Positions 37,524 to 45,983 of a stretch of 64,000 nt of DNA are shown here, one piece after another. The stretch lies in the UHGV virus genome UHGV-0092003. One strand, given 5' to 3'. The position numbers were made by a program, and so were the translations under genes. The DNA is from a virus. The first letter of the stretch is position 1. The number at the start of each line of letters is the position of its first letter. Under the pieces are notes generated by a model. It worked only from the letters and a program-made list of their open reading frames with translations, ran no database searches and had not been told where the DNA came from.

Positions 37524-38093
37524 ATGGCGAAGAAAACAACAAAACAAAAAGGCATCAAATACAACCGGCAGAAACATGTCTCTGACAAAAACATGGCGAC
37601 AAAATTTGACCCGCGCTTGAAAGAGGTTGTTCTGTATACGGACGGATCATGCCTGAAGAACCCAGGCGGTGCTGGTGGAGTTGCGGCCATCGTTCGTTTT
37701 GGCGAACACCATAAAACAGTTCAAGAAGGTTTTCGCTCCACAACCAATAACCGCATGGAAATGCTCGCTGCGATCCGAGGGTTGGATCTACTTAATCAAA
37801 AATGCAACGTGACGATCTACACGGATAGCCAGTACCTAATTAATGGCATTTCGCTGTGGATTAAAGGTTGGAAAAAGCGCGGCTGGAAGCTGGCGAACGG
37901 TGAGCGAGTTAAAAATGTGGATCTCTGGCAGGAATTGGATGCGGCGGTGTCCGGTCATCGTGTCCGTTGGTGTTGGGTCAAAGGCCATGATGGAAACCCA
38001 GACAATGAGCTATGCGACATGATGGCGCGATCGGCCGCTGAATCACCGACGATGGTTGATCGTATTTACGAATCAATTTCTGCCTATAATTGA
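37524..38093 (+). CDS. rnhA: ribonuclease HI
   Basis: 189 aa. VVLYTDGSCLKNPGGAGGVAAIV, NNRMEMLAAIRGL, IYTDSQYLINGI, WVKGHDGNPDNELCD. These carry the DEDD catalytic residues in canonical order. Confidence 0.85.
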   Translation: MAKKTTKQKGIKYNRQKHVSDKNMATKFDPRLKEVVLYTDGSCLKNPGGAGGVAAIVRFGEHHKTVQEGFRSTTNNRMEMLAAIRGLDLLNQKCNVTIYTDSQYLINGISLWIKGWKKRGWKLANGERVKNVDLWQELDAAVSGHRVRWCWVKGHDGNPDNELCDMMARSAAESPTMVDRIYESISAYN

Positions 38094-38242
38094 TAAGTAA
38101 GTGTTTACTTAACCTTTCGTTTGTTGTATGTTTGATTTGCAAGGATGATGGCGCGGTTAGCGCCTGTCTCAGGGATGAGACGACCTGAAGGCGGCTGAGT
38201 TTTCTCAGCCGCAACTATTTTAAGGCTCCGTTAAGAGGCTTT

Positions 38243-38719
38243 ATGATTAATTTCCTCTCTGATCTTTTTCGAAATAAGCGGTTTGAGCGAAATGTTAGCT
38301 CGACCCTCAGCTTGCTCGAAAGTCGCATCGAAAACCTCAATGAACGAATCCGAGTGCTGGAAAGTACAGTAGTGTCACAGGCAAATACTATCGCCTCTCT
38401 CACGAAGAGCAGTGACTCTACCCCGCGCCCAGACTCGTTCCCCGATAAAAGTATTGCCAATGGAAAACTACCAACGAAAAAGGCTGCAACCGCTGGCGTT
38501 TCTGGTTATCGTACTAGTTCTGATACCTCTCGCCATCGCGCCAGCTACGCAGATGATAGCGCCAGCTATCAGCAAGCCACGCCCAGCGCCGGCCACCACA
38601 ACTCAGGCCACCATCATCACCACCACGACTCCGGCCTGTGCCATAACAGTTTCGGAGACACTGGAGGGTATGACTCTGGATGCTCCGATTCGTCCTTTTC
38701 ATCAGGGTCTTGTGACTAA
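38243..38719 (+). CDS. hypothetical protein with N-terminal coiled coil and His-rich tract
   Basis: 158 aa. Contains HHNSGHHHHHHDSGLCH. Confidence 0.5.
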   Translation: MINFLSDLFRNKRFERNVSSTLSLLESRIENLNERIRVLESTVVSQANTIASLTKSSDSTPRPDSFPDKSIANGKLPTKKAATAGVSGYRTSSDTSRHRASYADDSASYQQATPSAGHHNSGHHHHHHDSGLCHNSFGDTGGYDSGCSDSSFSSGSCD

Positions 38720-38785
38720 GTTGCCGGCTTGATTGTAAATCAGTAAACAAATTGTTTGACAATATAAGAAAACAAAGGAAATCAC

Positions 38786-39211
38786 ATGTTTGGTATTTTT
38801 AAAAAGAAAGTTCGTAAAGCGGCCGTAGAAGTGAAGAAGATGGAAAACCGCGACGCCGTAGAAGCGACTGTCTGGGGCGCCTATGCGATCGCATATGCTG
38901 ACGGCACCTGTGACGCGAAAGAAATCAGCGTTCTGGAAAAAACCATCTCTGCCCTGCCCTCTTTCTCTCCGTTTGCTGGCGAGATCGCCCAGATGAGCGC
39001 CAATATTCGCTCTCGCTACGAAGCTTCCCCGCGTTCTGCTAACGCTGAAGCGATGCGCCAGCTGGCCGACGTTGCTGGCACAACCGATGCAGTTGACGTT
39101 CTGTGCCTGTGTCTGGATATCGCTGATAACGACGGTATCGATGAGAAAGAAGAGCAGATGCTGAAGAAAATCGCTCAGGCTCTGCAACTGTCCCTGGATC
39201 AGTACCTGTGA
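38786..39211 (+). CDS. TerB-like (tellurite-resistance TerB fold) protein
   Basis: 141 aa. Two acidic motifs AYADGTCDAKEISVLE and IADNDGIDEKEEQML, as in the TerB domain. Confidence 0.55.
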   Translation: MFGIFKKKVRKAAVEVKKMENRDAVEATVWGAYAIAYADGTCDAKEISVLEKTISALPSFSPFAGEIAQMSANIRSRYEASPRSANAEAMRQLADVAGTTDAVDVLCLCLDIADNDGIDEKEEQMLKKIAQALQLSLDQYL

Positions 39212-39366
39212 TGGCCCGCGTCAGCATCGCGCTGGCGCTATTGATGTTATCTGTGCTGGTGGACTTCACCAGCCGGATTATGTCTGTAGCTGCTGACGGA
39301 GTCCTTGTCATTACTGGGCTTGTGATTCTCATGCCGATACTGATTAAAGGCATAAAAGTTAAATAA
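39211..39366 (+). CDS. small membrane protein (51 aa, below the track cutoff)
   Basis: MARVSIALALLMLSVLVDFTSRIMSVAADGVLVITGLVILMPILIKGIKVK. TGATG overlap with the upstream gene. Followed by terminator GGGGCTTCGGCCCC plus T6 at 39366-39392. Confidence 0.35.
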   Translation: MARVSIALALLMLSVLVDFTSRIMSVAADGVLVITGLVILMPILIKGIKVK

Positions 39367-39397
39367 GGGGCTTCGGCCCCTTTTTTGAAGAGAAAGA

Positions 39398-40186
39398 ATG
39401 AAAGAATTAATTATCAAAACCTCTACGCCATCTATGACGAGTGCCGAGATCGCTGCGCTGGTGGGCAGTCGTCACGACAGTGTGAAAAGAACCATCGAGC
39501 GACTGGTTAAATCAGGCGTAATCACTTCTCCACCATTGGTGGAAAAGCCCACGGCAGGCCGTCCGGTGGCGGTTTATGTGTTTTCTGGTGAAGAAGGAAA
39601 GCGTGACACCTATGTCGTCGTTGCGCAGCTAAGCCCAGAGTTTACTGGTCTACTCGTTGACCGCTGGCAGGAGCTGGAGAACGCTGCAAAAGAGCCGCCA
39701 CTCCCGCGTACCTACAAAGAGGCGCTACTCCATCTGGTGGCCCAGGTAGAAGAGAACGAACGTCTGACTGAACAGAATGAAGCGCTGGATGAAGCGCTGA
39801 GCATCGCTCGCCCTAAAGCTATTCTCATGGATCGCTTAGCCGGAACGTCAGAGCAACTTTATGGTATCAACGAAGCTGGTCGCATTCTGGGTACGTCAGG
39901 GGCTGTTATGGCTTCCTGTATGGATATGGTTGGCAATGTCTTTGCTAAAAGAAAATACTCCACCACCCCGCGCCAGTTTGTGAAGCAATTCATTGATCGC
40001 GAGTACGGCCGCAACGTAACCAGCACCAGTGGCGGTCACATTCAGGCGAAGTTTACGTTTAAGGGACTTTGCTACGTTGCACTCCACCTCGTTAAACGCG
40101 GGATCATCACCGTAGACACCATTCCGTATCGCCCATGCCGCGACAGCGTCGAAGCCGCCATGGCAATGAAAAAGTCAGCAGCCTGA
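39398..40186 (+). CDS. Rha-family regulatory protein / antirepressor (Rha N-domain plus KilA-C/ANT C-domain)
   Basis: 262 aa. N-terminal MTSAEIAALVGSRHDSVKRTIERL is Rha-like. C-terminal YGINEAGRILGTSG resembles the ANT domain. Confidence 0.6.
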   Translation: MKELIIKTSTPSMTSAEIAALVGSRHDSVKRTIERLVKSGVITSPPLVEKPTAGRPVAVYVFSGEEGKRDTYVVVAQLSPEFTGLLVDRWQELENAAKEPPLPRTYKEALLHLVAQVEENERLTEQNEALDEALSIARPKAILMDRLAGTSEQLYGINEAGRILGTSGAVMASCMDMVGNVFAKRKYSTTPRQFVKQFIDREYGRNVTSTSGGHIQAKFTFKGLCYVALHLVKRGIITVDTIPYRPCRDSVEAAMAMKKSAA

Positions 40187-40233
40187 TTAAACATGGACTG
40201 GCGCCTTTCGAGTCAGTCCATAATTAACCACAT

Positions 40234-40271
40234 CAGAAAACAACTTGTTATCAAAACAAAAAGGAAAGCAC
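40234..40271 (+). promoter_or_regulatory. dyad element plus conserved initiation region
   Basis: CAGAAAACAACTTGTTATCAAAACAAAAAGGAAAGCACATG. Confidence 0.5.
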
Positions 40272-40706
40272 ATGTGCATTCGCTGTGAAGAACGTAAAGC
40301 AAAAAAAGAAGTAATCCTGAGCCACGCCAACGAAATCGCCGATCTTGCCATCTTAGTTGACGGTGGAGTCAAAGGAATCTCGGATGCGCTGCGAATTACA
40401 TCTCGTCTTGAGGCATTGAGTAGTGAAGATCTTCTTGAGCCTATGAGCTTGATCACTCTTATCGCCCACTTTGCCAGCCAGAACAAAGAGCTGGCGGCTG
40501 ACAACAAGCGTCTTCACGAGACTCTGAATTATATGGCGATGAGCGAAAAATCTGCGCCGTCGGACGGTAATAAAATGTCGAATGAAGAGGCGTTGCATGT
40601 CGTCGAAACCATCGTAAATACCTTCGAACTGGCTCAGGCACGAGCAATGGACGGGGCTAATGCCCAGATCCGCGAACTGAAGAATCGCTTTAGCATTAAC
40701 AAGTAA
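40272..40706 (+). CDS. hypothetical coiled-coil protein
   Basis: 144 aa from the conserved AAAAGGAAAGCACATG start. The track begins 27 nt earlier. Confidence 0.5.
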   Translation: MCIRCEERKAKKEVILSHANEIADLAILVDGGVKGISDALRITSRLEALSSEDLLEPMSLITLIAHFASQNKELAADNKRLHETLNYMAMSEKSAPSDGNKMSNEEALHVVETIVNTFELAQARAMDGANAQIRELKNRFSINK

Positions 40707-40749
40707 AAGTAGAGCGCAGCAGAAAGGCTGCGCTTTTCTGGAGCACGCT

Positions 40750-41067
40750 ATGAAATTACCGCTCATTCTCTTAGCCGTTTCTCTGGTCGGCTGCAGCGCT
40801 CGACCTGTTAACACAATCAAATTCCCTGATCGAGCATATCAATACGGTGTCTACGGCACTGTTCGTGTGCAATACGATGTCAGCAAAGACGGCCGCATAG
40901 AAAATATCGTGGTCAACGACGACGATGAAGGCTTTTTCACAAAGCAGATCGTCAATGACATGAAGCATTGGCGGCTTGAGAAAGGCCATCCGAAGAAAGC
41001 CCAGAAACTTATCGTAGCTTTCGAAAGAGATCGCGTTCGAGCTAAAGGTGGATTCCTTGAAAATTAA
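40750..41067 (+). CDS. lipoprotein with TonB-C-like fold (putative superinfection-exclusion type)
   Basis: 105 aa. Lipobox LVGCS. YGVYGTVRVQYDVSKDGRIENIVV resembles the TonB C-terminal domain. Confidence 0.45.
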   Translation: MKLPLILLAVSLVGCSARPVNTIKFPDRAYQYGVYGTVRVQYDVSKDGRIENIVVNDDDEGFFTKQIVNDMKHWRLEKGHPKKAQKLIVAFERDRVRAKGGFLEN

Positions 41068-41100
41068 ACTATCAAACCATGTTTTTACGGTGTGAGCTGA

Positions 41101-41262
41101 ATGATTAAAGAGCCTATAGCGAAACTACCACCTCACATTTACCGTGAACTGGTGTCCGAGTTGACGCAGACCGCAAAGCGGCACTGCGGAACCGGCTCAA
41201 TGAGAGAGGCGCTGAGTTACGTGCTTTCTCGCTACGTCGAGCCAGATCACTCGAAGAAATGA
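41101..41262 (+). CDS. small basic protein (53 aa), speculative
   Basis: MIKEPIAKLPPHIYRELVSELTQTAKRHCGTGSMREALSYVLSRYVEPDHSKK. Followed by bidirectional terminator GGGGCGAAAGCCCC flanked by A- and T-runs (41263-41292). Confidence 0.3.
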   Translation: MIKEPIAKLPPHIYRELVSELTQTAKRHCGTGSMREALSYVLSRYVEPDHSKK

Positions 41263-41284
41263 ATAAGGGGCGAAAGCCCCTTTT

Positions 41285-41935
41285 TTAATAGCCTTGGAAG
41301 TATGCGTAGGGGATTTTTAACCCCCCTCTTCCACCAAACGATTGAGAGAATGTGTTTTGGTATCGTGACACGTATTTCACTTGGATCTGAGAGCCAGTCC
41401 ATTTGATGAGAAGGCCAGAGTAACCCGTGACCTCACCATCATCCGAAATATTGCCAGGCACCATATTCATCAAAATCCATGGGTTAAATCCTGGAGAAAA
41501 GGATACTACCTGATTATCGACAGGTGAGTTTGCTGGCAGATCGATAAATCCTCTGATACGAGGCACACGGCCGGCACTTTTTGCACTCCATATCAGATCG
41601 CCGTTACCATTCATCACATCAAGATATCCGCTCTCAACGCCAAGGTTTCGAGTTGTTCTAATGATCTGACCGCTGCCGTTCTGGAAGCTGAAGGCTCCAG
41701 GCATGGCAAATGCACCAGCGTTTAGACGAAACCAGTATAGATAGCCTGGCACTGGTGTGTCTGCTGGTTTTAAGAAACCAAATGGATATGACCCGCCGAA
41801 CGGGTTATCGATTTTGTAGTACCCGTTATCTGTCAGGCCATCGATGTTTCTGATATCAGAAAAAAGCGTTGTCTTGTTGTCTGAGTCTATTTGTAGCGCC
41901 CCTGCGTCGTTATAGACCTCAAATCCGTAACTCAT
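41285..41935 (-). CDS. hypothetical beta-rich protein (paralog A)
   Basis: 216 aa. N-terminus MSYGFEVYNDAGALQIDSDN is paralogous to the next gene. Confidence 0.5.
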   Translation of the reverse strand: MSYGFEVYNDAGALQIDSDNKTTLFSDIRNIDGLTDNGYYKIDNPFGGSYPFGFLKPADTPVPGYLYWFRLNAGAFAMPGAFSFQNGSGQIIRTTRNLGVESGYLDVMNGNGDLIWSAKSAGRVPRIRGFIDLPANSPVDNQVVSFSPGFNPWILMNMVPGNISDDGEVTGYSGLLIKWTGSQIQVKYVSRYQNTFSQSFGGRGGLKIPYAYFQGY

Positions 41936-41944
41936 GTCTCATCC

Positions 41945-42241
41945 CTAAGCATATCGATACACTTCTACTGTGAATGTCTGGGATGTATTGGCGCCAGACA
42001 GCGTAAATAGGGTGAACGAATTGTCGTTTACTGCGCAAAACGCCTCGTTAAAGGAGCTTCCGTAAGAACCAGCAACGATTACTGCATAGGCGTTGCCTTG
42101 GTTTATGCCTGAAACGCCTACAGTGGCTGAATTACCACCACCCGTTGATACATTGTAGGTTCCTATGTACCTGCAGTTATAGTCACTGGTGTCGACGACT
42201 AGATTTCCATTCTCATCCCAGCATTGAAGCCCGAATCCCAT
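41945..42241 (-). CDS. hypothetical protein (paralog B)
   Basis: 98 aa. N-terminus MGFGLQCWDENGNLVVDTSDY. Confidence 0.5.
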   Translation of the reverse strand: MGFGLQCWDENGNLVVDTSDYNCRYIGTYNVSTGGGNSATVGVSGINQGNAYAVIVAGSYGSSFNEAFCAVNDNSFTLFTLSGANTSQTFTVEVYRYA

Positions 42242-42302
42242 AGCTAAGTCCTTTGCAATGGCCCGGTTTCAGTTCCTTAATTTTACAGCCTAATGAAATT
42301 GC

Positions 42303-42365
42303 TAAACAACTTGTTTTCTGCCTTTTCTAATGTGTGATAATAATTGCAATCAGAAAACAACGGAA
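42303..42365 (+). promoter_or_regulatory. dyad promoter (full type)
   Basis: CTAAACAACTTGTTTTCTGCC-N-TGTGATAATAA-N-AGAAAACAAC. Confidence 0.55.
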
Positions 42366-42373
42366 TATGACAA

Positions 42374-42634
42374 ATGATTTTCAGACAGAGACATTATCTG
42401 TTCATTCGCGAACACAATAAGCATTCTCGCTTCGAGGGGCGCAACGACGCTACATGGGGGCGTGATTACTCTTATCGTATCGCGCAGAGCGGTCTGGACT
42501 CACTGTCGAAGTATGGGTATGGCCTGATATCGCAGCACGAATCGAAAACTGGTGAGGCGGTATATTACGATCGCAACCTGAATATTCTGACCGACGAACA
42601 GATTAAGGCTGCTCTCAGAGGGGAATTAGCATGA
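42374..42634 (+). CDS. hypothetical protein
   Basis: 86 aa. Preceded by the dyad promoter. Confidence 0.45.
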   Translation: MIFRQRHYLFIREHNKHSRFEGRNDATWGRDYSYRIAQSGLDSLSKYGYGLISQHESKTGEAVYYDRNLNILTDEQIKAALRGELA

Positions 42635-43269
42635 ATATCATCGACAAGGCTCAAATGTTCGCGGCCGGCGCCCACGCTGGTGTAGGCCAGAAGCGCAAAT
42701 ATACCGGTGAGGATTACATCACTCACCCGATTGCAGTGGCCGAGATTGTTCGCAACAACGGCGGAACTGACGAAATGATCGCAGCGGCAATGCTCCACGA
42801 CACCATCGAGGATACACAGGTCACGTTCGGTCACATCTTCAGTATGTTCGGGGACCGCGTTGCTGAAATGGTCGATGCGCTGAGCAACAAGGCCAAGCCA
42901 GAAGACGGCAGTCGTGAGACGCGATTCTTTATCAACGTCCGTGCGCTACGTGAGCGACTCGACATGCAGAGCCGCGTCATTAAGCTGGCTGACCTGATTC
43001 ACAACACTCAGTCAATTACGAAGTACGATCAGAAATTCGCGGCGCAATACCTGGCTGAAAAGGCGTTCATGTTGAGCGTGATATTCAGAGGTGTCGAGAT
43101 TGGTGCGTCTGATGAAGAGATTGAGTCCAGAGTCGGCGACCACCCTCTTTTGGTTGAAGCGGAAAAGATTGTCGCCACAGCGCTTTCCCGACTTCCCGAT
43201 GAGTTGTTCTTCAAGTCAGATCGAATTAATGCCGGTCTGATGGAGAAATGGAAGTCGATGGAAGCCTGA
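42631..43269 (+). CDS. HD-domain small alarmone hydrolase (SpoT/Mesh1-like (p)ppGpp hydrolase), putative
   Basis: 212 aa. YITHPIAVAEIV...AAAMLHDTIEDTQVTFGHIFSMFGDRVAEMVDALS matches the SpoT hydrolase HD motif. Terminator AGACCGC/GCGGTCT plus T6 at 43270-43305. Confidence 0.6.
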   Translation: MNIIDKAQMFAAGAHAGVGQKRKYTGEDYITHPIAVAEIVRNNGGTDEMIAAAMLHDTIEDTQVTFGHIFSMFGDRVAEMVDALSNKAKPEDGSRETRFFINVRALRERLDMQSRVIKLADLIHNTQSITKYDQKFAAQYLAEKAFMLSVIFRGVEIGASDEEIESRVGDHPLLVEAEKIVATALSRLPDELFFKSDRINAGLMEKWKSMEA

Positions 43270-43314
43270 CACCACCACAGAAGACCGCCGATGCGGTCTT
43301 TTTTATTCATGCCT

Positions 43315-43391
43315 CAAACAAATTGTTTAATACCTTATCTGGTCTGAGATAATAACCAACATTAGAAAACAATTTGTTTGAGGATCGCCCA
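43315..43391 (+). promoter_or_regulatory. dyad promoter (full type)
   Basis: CAAACAAATTGTTTAA-N-TGAGATAATAA-N-AGAAAACAATTTGTTTG. Confidence 0.55.
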
Positions 43392-45065
43392 ATGTCAACA
43401 GCCATCTCTATCATTGAAAACACAGCCAACGCCGTAGACTTCCGCAAGGAAATGAACGTCATTCATGACATCGTGGGAGAGTGCGAAAGAGAGATCGCCC
43501 TGATGAATCAGGTGCATGATTTTGTTTACTCAGGTGAGCGCGTGTCGATGATTAACCGCCTGCAGGTGCTGAGTCGTCGCCCGAATGATGAGAATCTCCG
43601 AAACGTACCGCAGCTTAACTCCGTTAACCTGGATTTCGTTAAGCAAAACATTTGGGCCGAATACTGGCGCAAGGTGACGGATATGACTGGCGCCCTTCTC
43701 ATCATGCCAGCAGAGCGCCGCGACCAGTGGCGCAGCCAGTTCACTTTAGGTTTGCAAAAGGTGGCGAAGAGAGACCGCGGTGGATTCGAGCGTCAGGTTG
43801 AAGAGTTCGTCGGCGTTCCTGAATTCACGGCCGACACAGTTATCCCAACGATGACCTCGTTACTTAATGATCGCCACAAGTATCTGGCCGAGCGCGTCTA
43901 TGGGCTGTTCAAGGCATTAAGTCCAACGCACAAGACCAACAAAACATACGGCTTCAGTGAAAAGCTAATCATCTCCTACTGCGTGACCGATTTTTGGAAT
44001 AGCAGCGTTAGCCTGAACTATCACAAAGCTGATGTTATCGACGACCTGCGCGTCATGTTGCACTTCTTTGCACATAAAGAGTTCATCACCCTTAATAGTT
44101 GTTCTGAGATGCTCTCGGCGGCGTACAGAGCGCACAACTGTGAAACCGGTCAGTGGATGAATGTCGACGGCAACTTAATGCGTGTGAAGATTTTCAAAAA
44201 CGGCAATGCTCACTTTGAAATCCACCCGGATGTCGCGTGGAAGTTAAACGAGGTGCTGGCCTACAGTTTGCCTGCAGCGATTCCGGCACCATGTCGCAAG
44301 GCGCCAACGACAAAGGCGCCAAAAGAGTTTGGTTACATCCAAAAAACCGTGTCGACGAAAACGCGAATGGTGATCCGCGACCGGCGACACAATAGTGCCA
44401 ATGAGACCTGGTACTTTTCCGACTCATCGTTACAGAAGACAGAGAAGCAAGACCTTGAACGCACTCTGAGCTTTATCGGCGGAGTGAAGGTGGGCGGCAG
44501 CTGGAAGTTTCCGTATGAACCGTCCACTACGTTCGACAGCATCGTTAGCTTGGGTGTTATTCCAGAGGTGAAATCGCACCAGTTTTACCCAACGCCGGCA
44601 TCGATAGCGCAGTACGTCGCGCAGATACTGAAATGCCAGCCAACTGATCAGATATTAGACCCGGACGCCGGCCGCGGTGATTTGGTGGCGTTTCTCGATG
44701 TGCCTGAAGAGAACATAACGAGCGTGGAAATCTCACCGCTGTTTTGCGACATCCTCGGGGCCAAGGGATTTAACGTCTACAACAAGGATTTTCTGGCCTG
44801 GTCGAAGGAATTCATTACTGCCCCTGGCTACGACAAAATTGCAATCAATCCGCCATATTCCGAAGGAAGAGCCAAAGAACATACGCTGGCGGCTCTGAAC
44901 CATCTTAACGAAAAAGGAATTATGGCCGCAGTGCTTCCAGCCGGGTACAAGCCGGAAGAGTGGATTGGTAGTGAGTTCGTTTGCGCCAAATCAGGTCGTG
45001 AGTTCGCTGGCGAGTTTGAGGATACCGGCATCACAGTAGCAGTTTTCGTTTTCAGAAGAGCATAG
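43392..45065 (+). CDS. fusion protein: ~400-aa unknown N-terminal domain plus C-terminal NPPY-type amino-methyltransferase
   Basis: C-terminal motifs in order: FYPTP (X), LDPDAGRGDL (I), SVEIS (II), YNKDFL (III), INPPYS (IV). Start ATG 43392 is preferred over the track's TTG at 43374. Confidence 0.65.
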   Translation: MSTAISIIENTANAVDFRKEMNVIHDIVGECEREIALMNQVHDFVYSGERVSMINRLQVLSRRPNDENLRNVPQLNSVNLDFVKQNIWAEYWRKVTDMTGALLIMPAERRDQWRSQFTLGLQKVAKRDRGGFERQVEEFVGVPEFTADTVIPTMTSLLNDRHKYLAERVYGLFKALSPTHKTNKTYGFSEKLIISYCVTDFWNSSVSLNYHKADVIDDLRVMLHFFAHKEFITLNSCSEMLSAAYRAHNCETGQWMNVDGNLMRVKIFKNGNAHFEIHPDVAWKLNEVLAYSLPAAIPAPCRKAPTTKAPKEFGYIQKTVSTKTRMVIRDRRHNSANETWYFSDSSLQKTEKQDLERTLSFIGGVKVGGSWKFPYEPSTTFDSIVSLGVIPEVKSHQFYPTPASIAQYVAQILKCQPTDQILDPDAGRGDLVAFLDVPEENITSVEISPLFCDILGAKGFNVYNKDFLAWSKEFITAPGYDKIAINPPYSEGRAKEHTLAALNHLNEKGIMAAVLPAGYKPEEWIGSEFVCAKSGREFAGEFEDTGITVAVFVFRRA

Positions 45066-45077
45066 GATGAGGTTGTA

Positions 45078-45257
45078 ATGTTTGAGATAACACTGAAGGA
45101 ATATAACGCCATCCCAAAAGACTACAGGGGCGTGTGGTCTACGGAGCGAACCGACTGGCCCGATTGGGAGAAAGTCAGAGATCAGTACATGGGCAAGCGA
45201 ACGCTCATGCGGGCCGGTGGTTTACTGATTGAAGATCTTCACTTTCGTATTGTTTAG
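45078..45257 (+). CDS. small protein (59 aa, just below the track cutoff)
   Basis: MFEITLKEYNAIPKDYRGVWSTERTDWPDWEKVRDQYMGKRTLMRAGGLLIEDLHFRIV. SD AGGATGAGG. Confidence 0.3.
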   Translation: MFEITLKEYNAIPKDYRGVWSTERTDWPDWEKVRDQYMGKRTLMRAGGLLIEDLHFRIV

Positions 45258-45298
45258 AATGAAACGGCTTGTAAAAAATCCACTAATCAGAGACTGAA

Positions 45299-45910
45299 AT
45301 GAAAATAAAAAATTTTGGCATCGTTGCAATACTTTTTCTGGCTTCAGGTTGTAATGATGTTGCCGTTAAACCATATGAGATGGTGCTCAACAAAACACCA
45401 TCTCAGGTGGATATGGCAGGTTATACGATGGTTGATCAGGACGGGAAGGCAACGGACAAACCAGTCAAAGCCAAGGATCGTTTTTCTCAGTATCTATACG
45501 CACCATCAGAATACGTAGGCAAAGTCCTCAAGGAAGAGAAAGACCCAGATTTAGTCATCTTTAACACATTAGACGGGAAAATTGCGTACTCCATCGTCAA
45601 TGTGAGTGTGGATAAGATGAAGACGGTGCAGGACGTGCTGAAAAGTAAATATGGCCCGGCTCTGGCGACTCGCGCTGGCGTGAGAGATAAAGCCGCTTTC
45701 GAGTCAAGTCCAGGCTTCTGTAAAGCGTACAATTCAGAAGCAGGGTTAGAACAGAACCACTGCCCTATGGACTATTACGAAATTTACGGCACTGTAGATG
45801 AGGCATATGTGCTGGTTAAGGCTAAAAGCATCTACGCTAACGGCCCTGTGAAGTTGATGGTGGCAGGAATAACCAGAGACGCAAAAAACTACTTGGACAG
45901 CATTAAGTAA
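45299..45910 (+). CDS. lipoprotein, hypothetical
   Basis: 203 aa. Signal plus lipobox LASGC. Confidence 0.5.
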   Translation: MKIKNFGIVAILFLASGCNDVAVKPYEMVLNKTPSQVDMAGYTMVDQDGKATDKPVKAKDRFSQYLYAPSEYVGKVLKEEKDPDLVIFNTLDGKIAYSIVNVSVDKMKTVQDVLKSKYGPALATRAGVRDKAAFESSPGFCKAYNSEAGLEQNHCPMDYYEIYGTVDEAYVLVKAKSIYANGPVKLMVAGITRDAKNYLDSIK

Positions 45911-45915
45911 TCACC

Positions 45916-45983
45916 TTAAACAATTTGTTTTCTACCTTTTCTGGTTTGTGATAATAACGCCAACCAGAAAAGGAGAACCCAGC
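45916..45983 (+). promoter_or_regulatory. dyad promoter (full type)
   Basis: TTAAACAATTTGTTTTCTACC-N-TGTGATAATAA. Confidence 0.55.
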
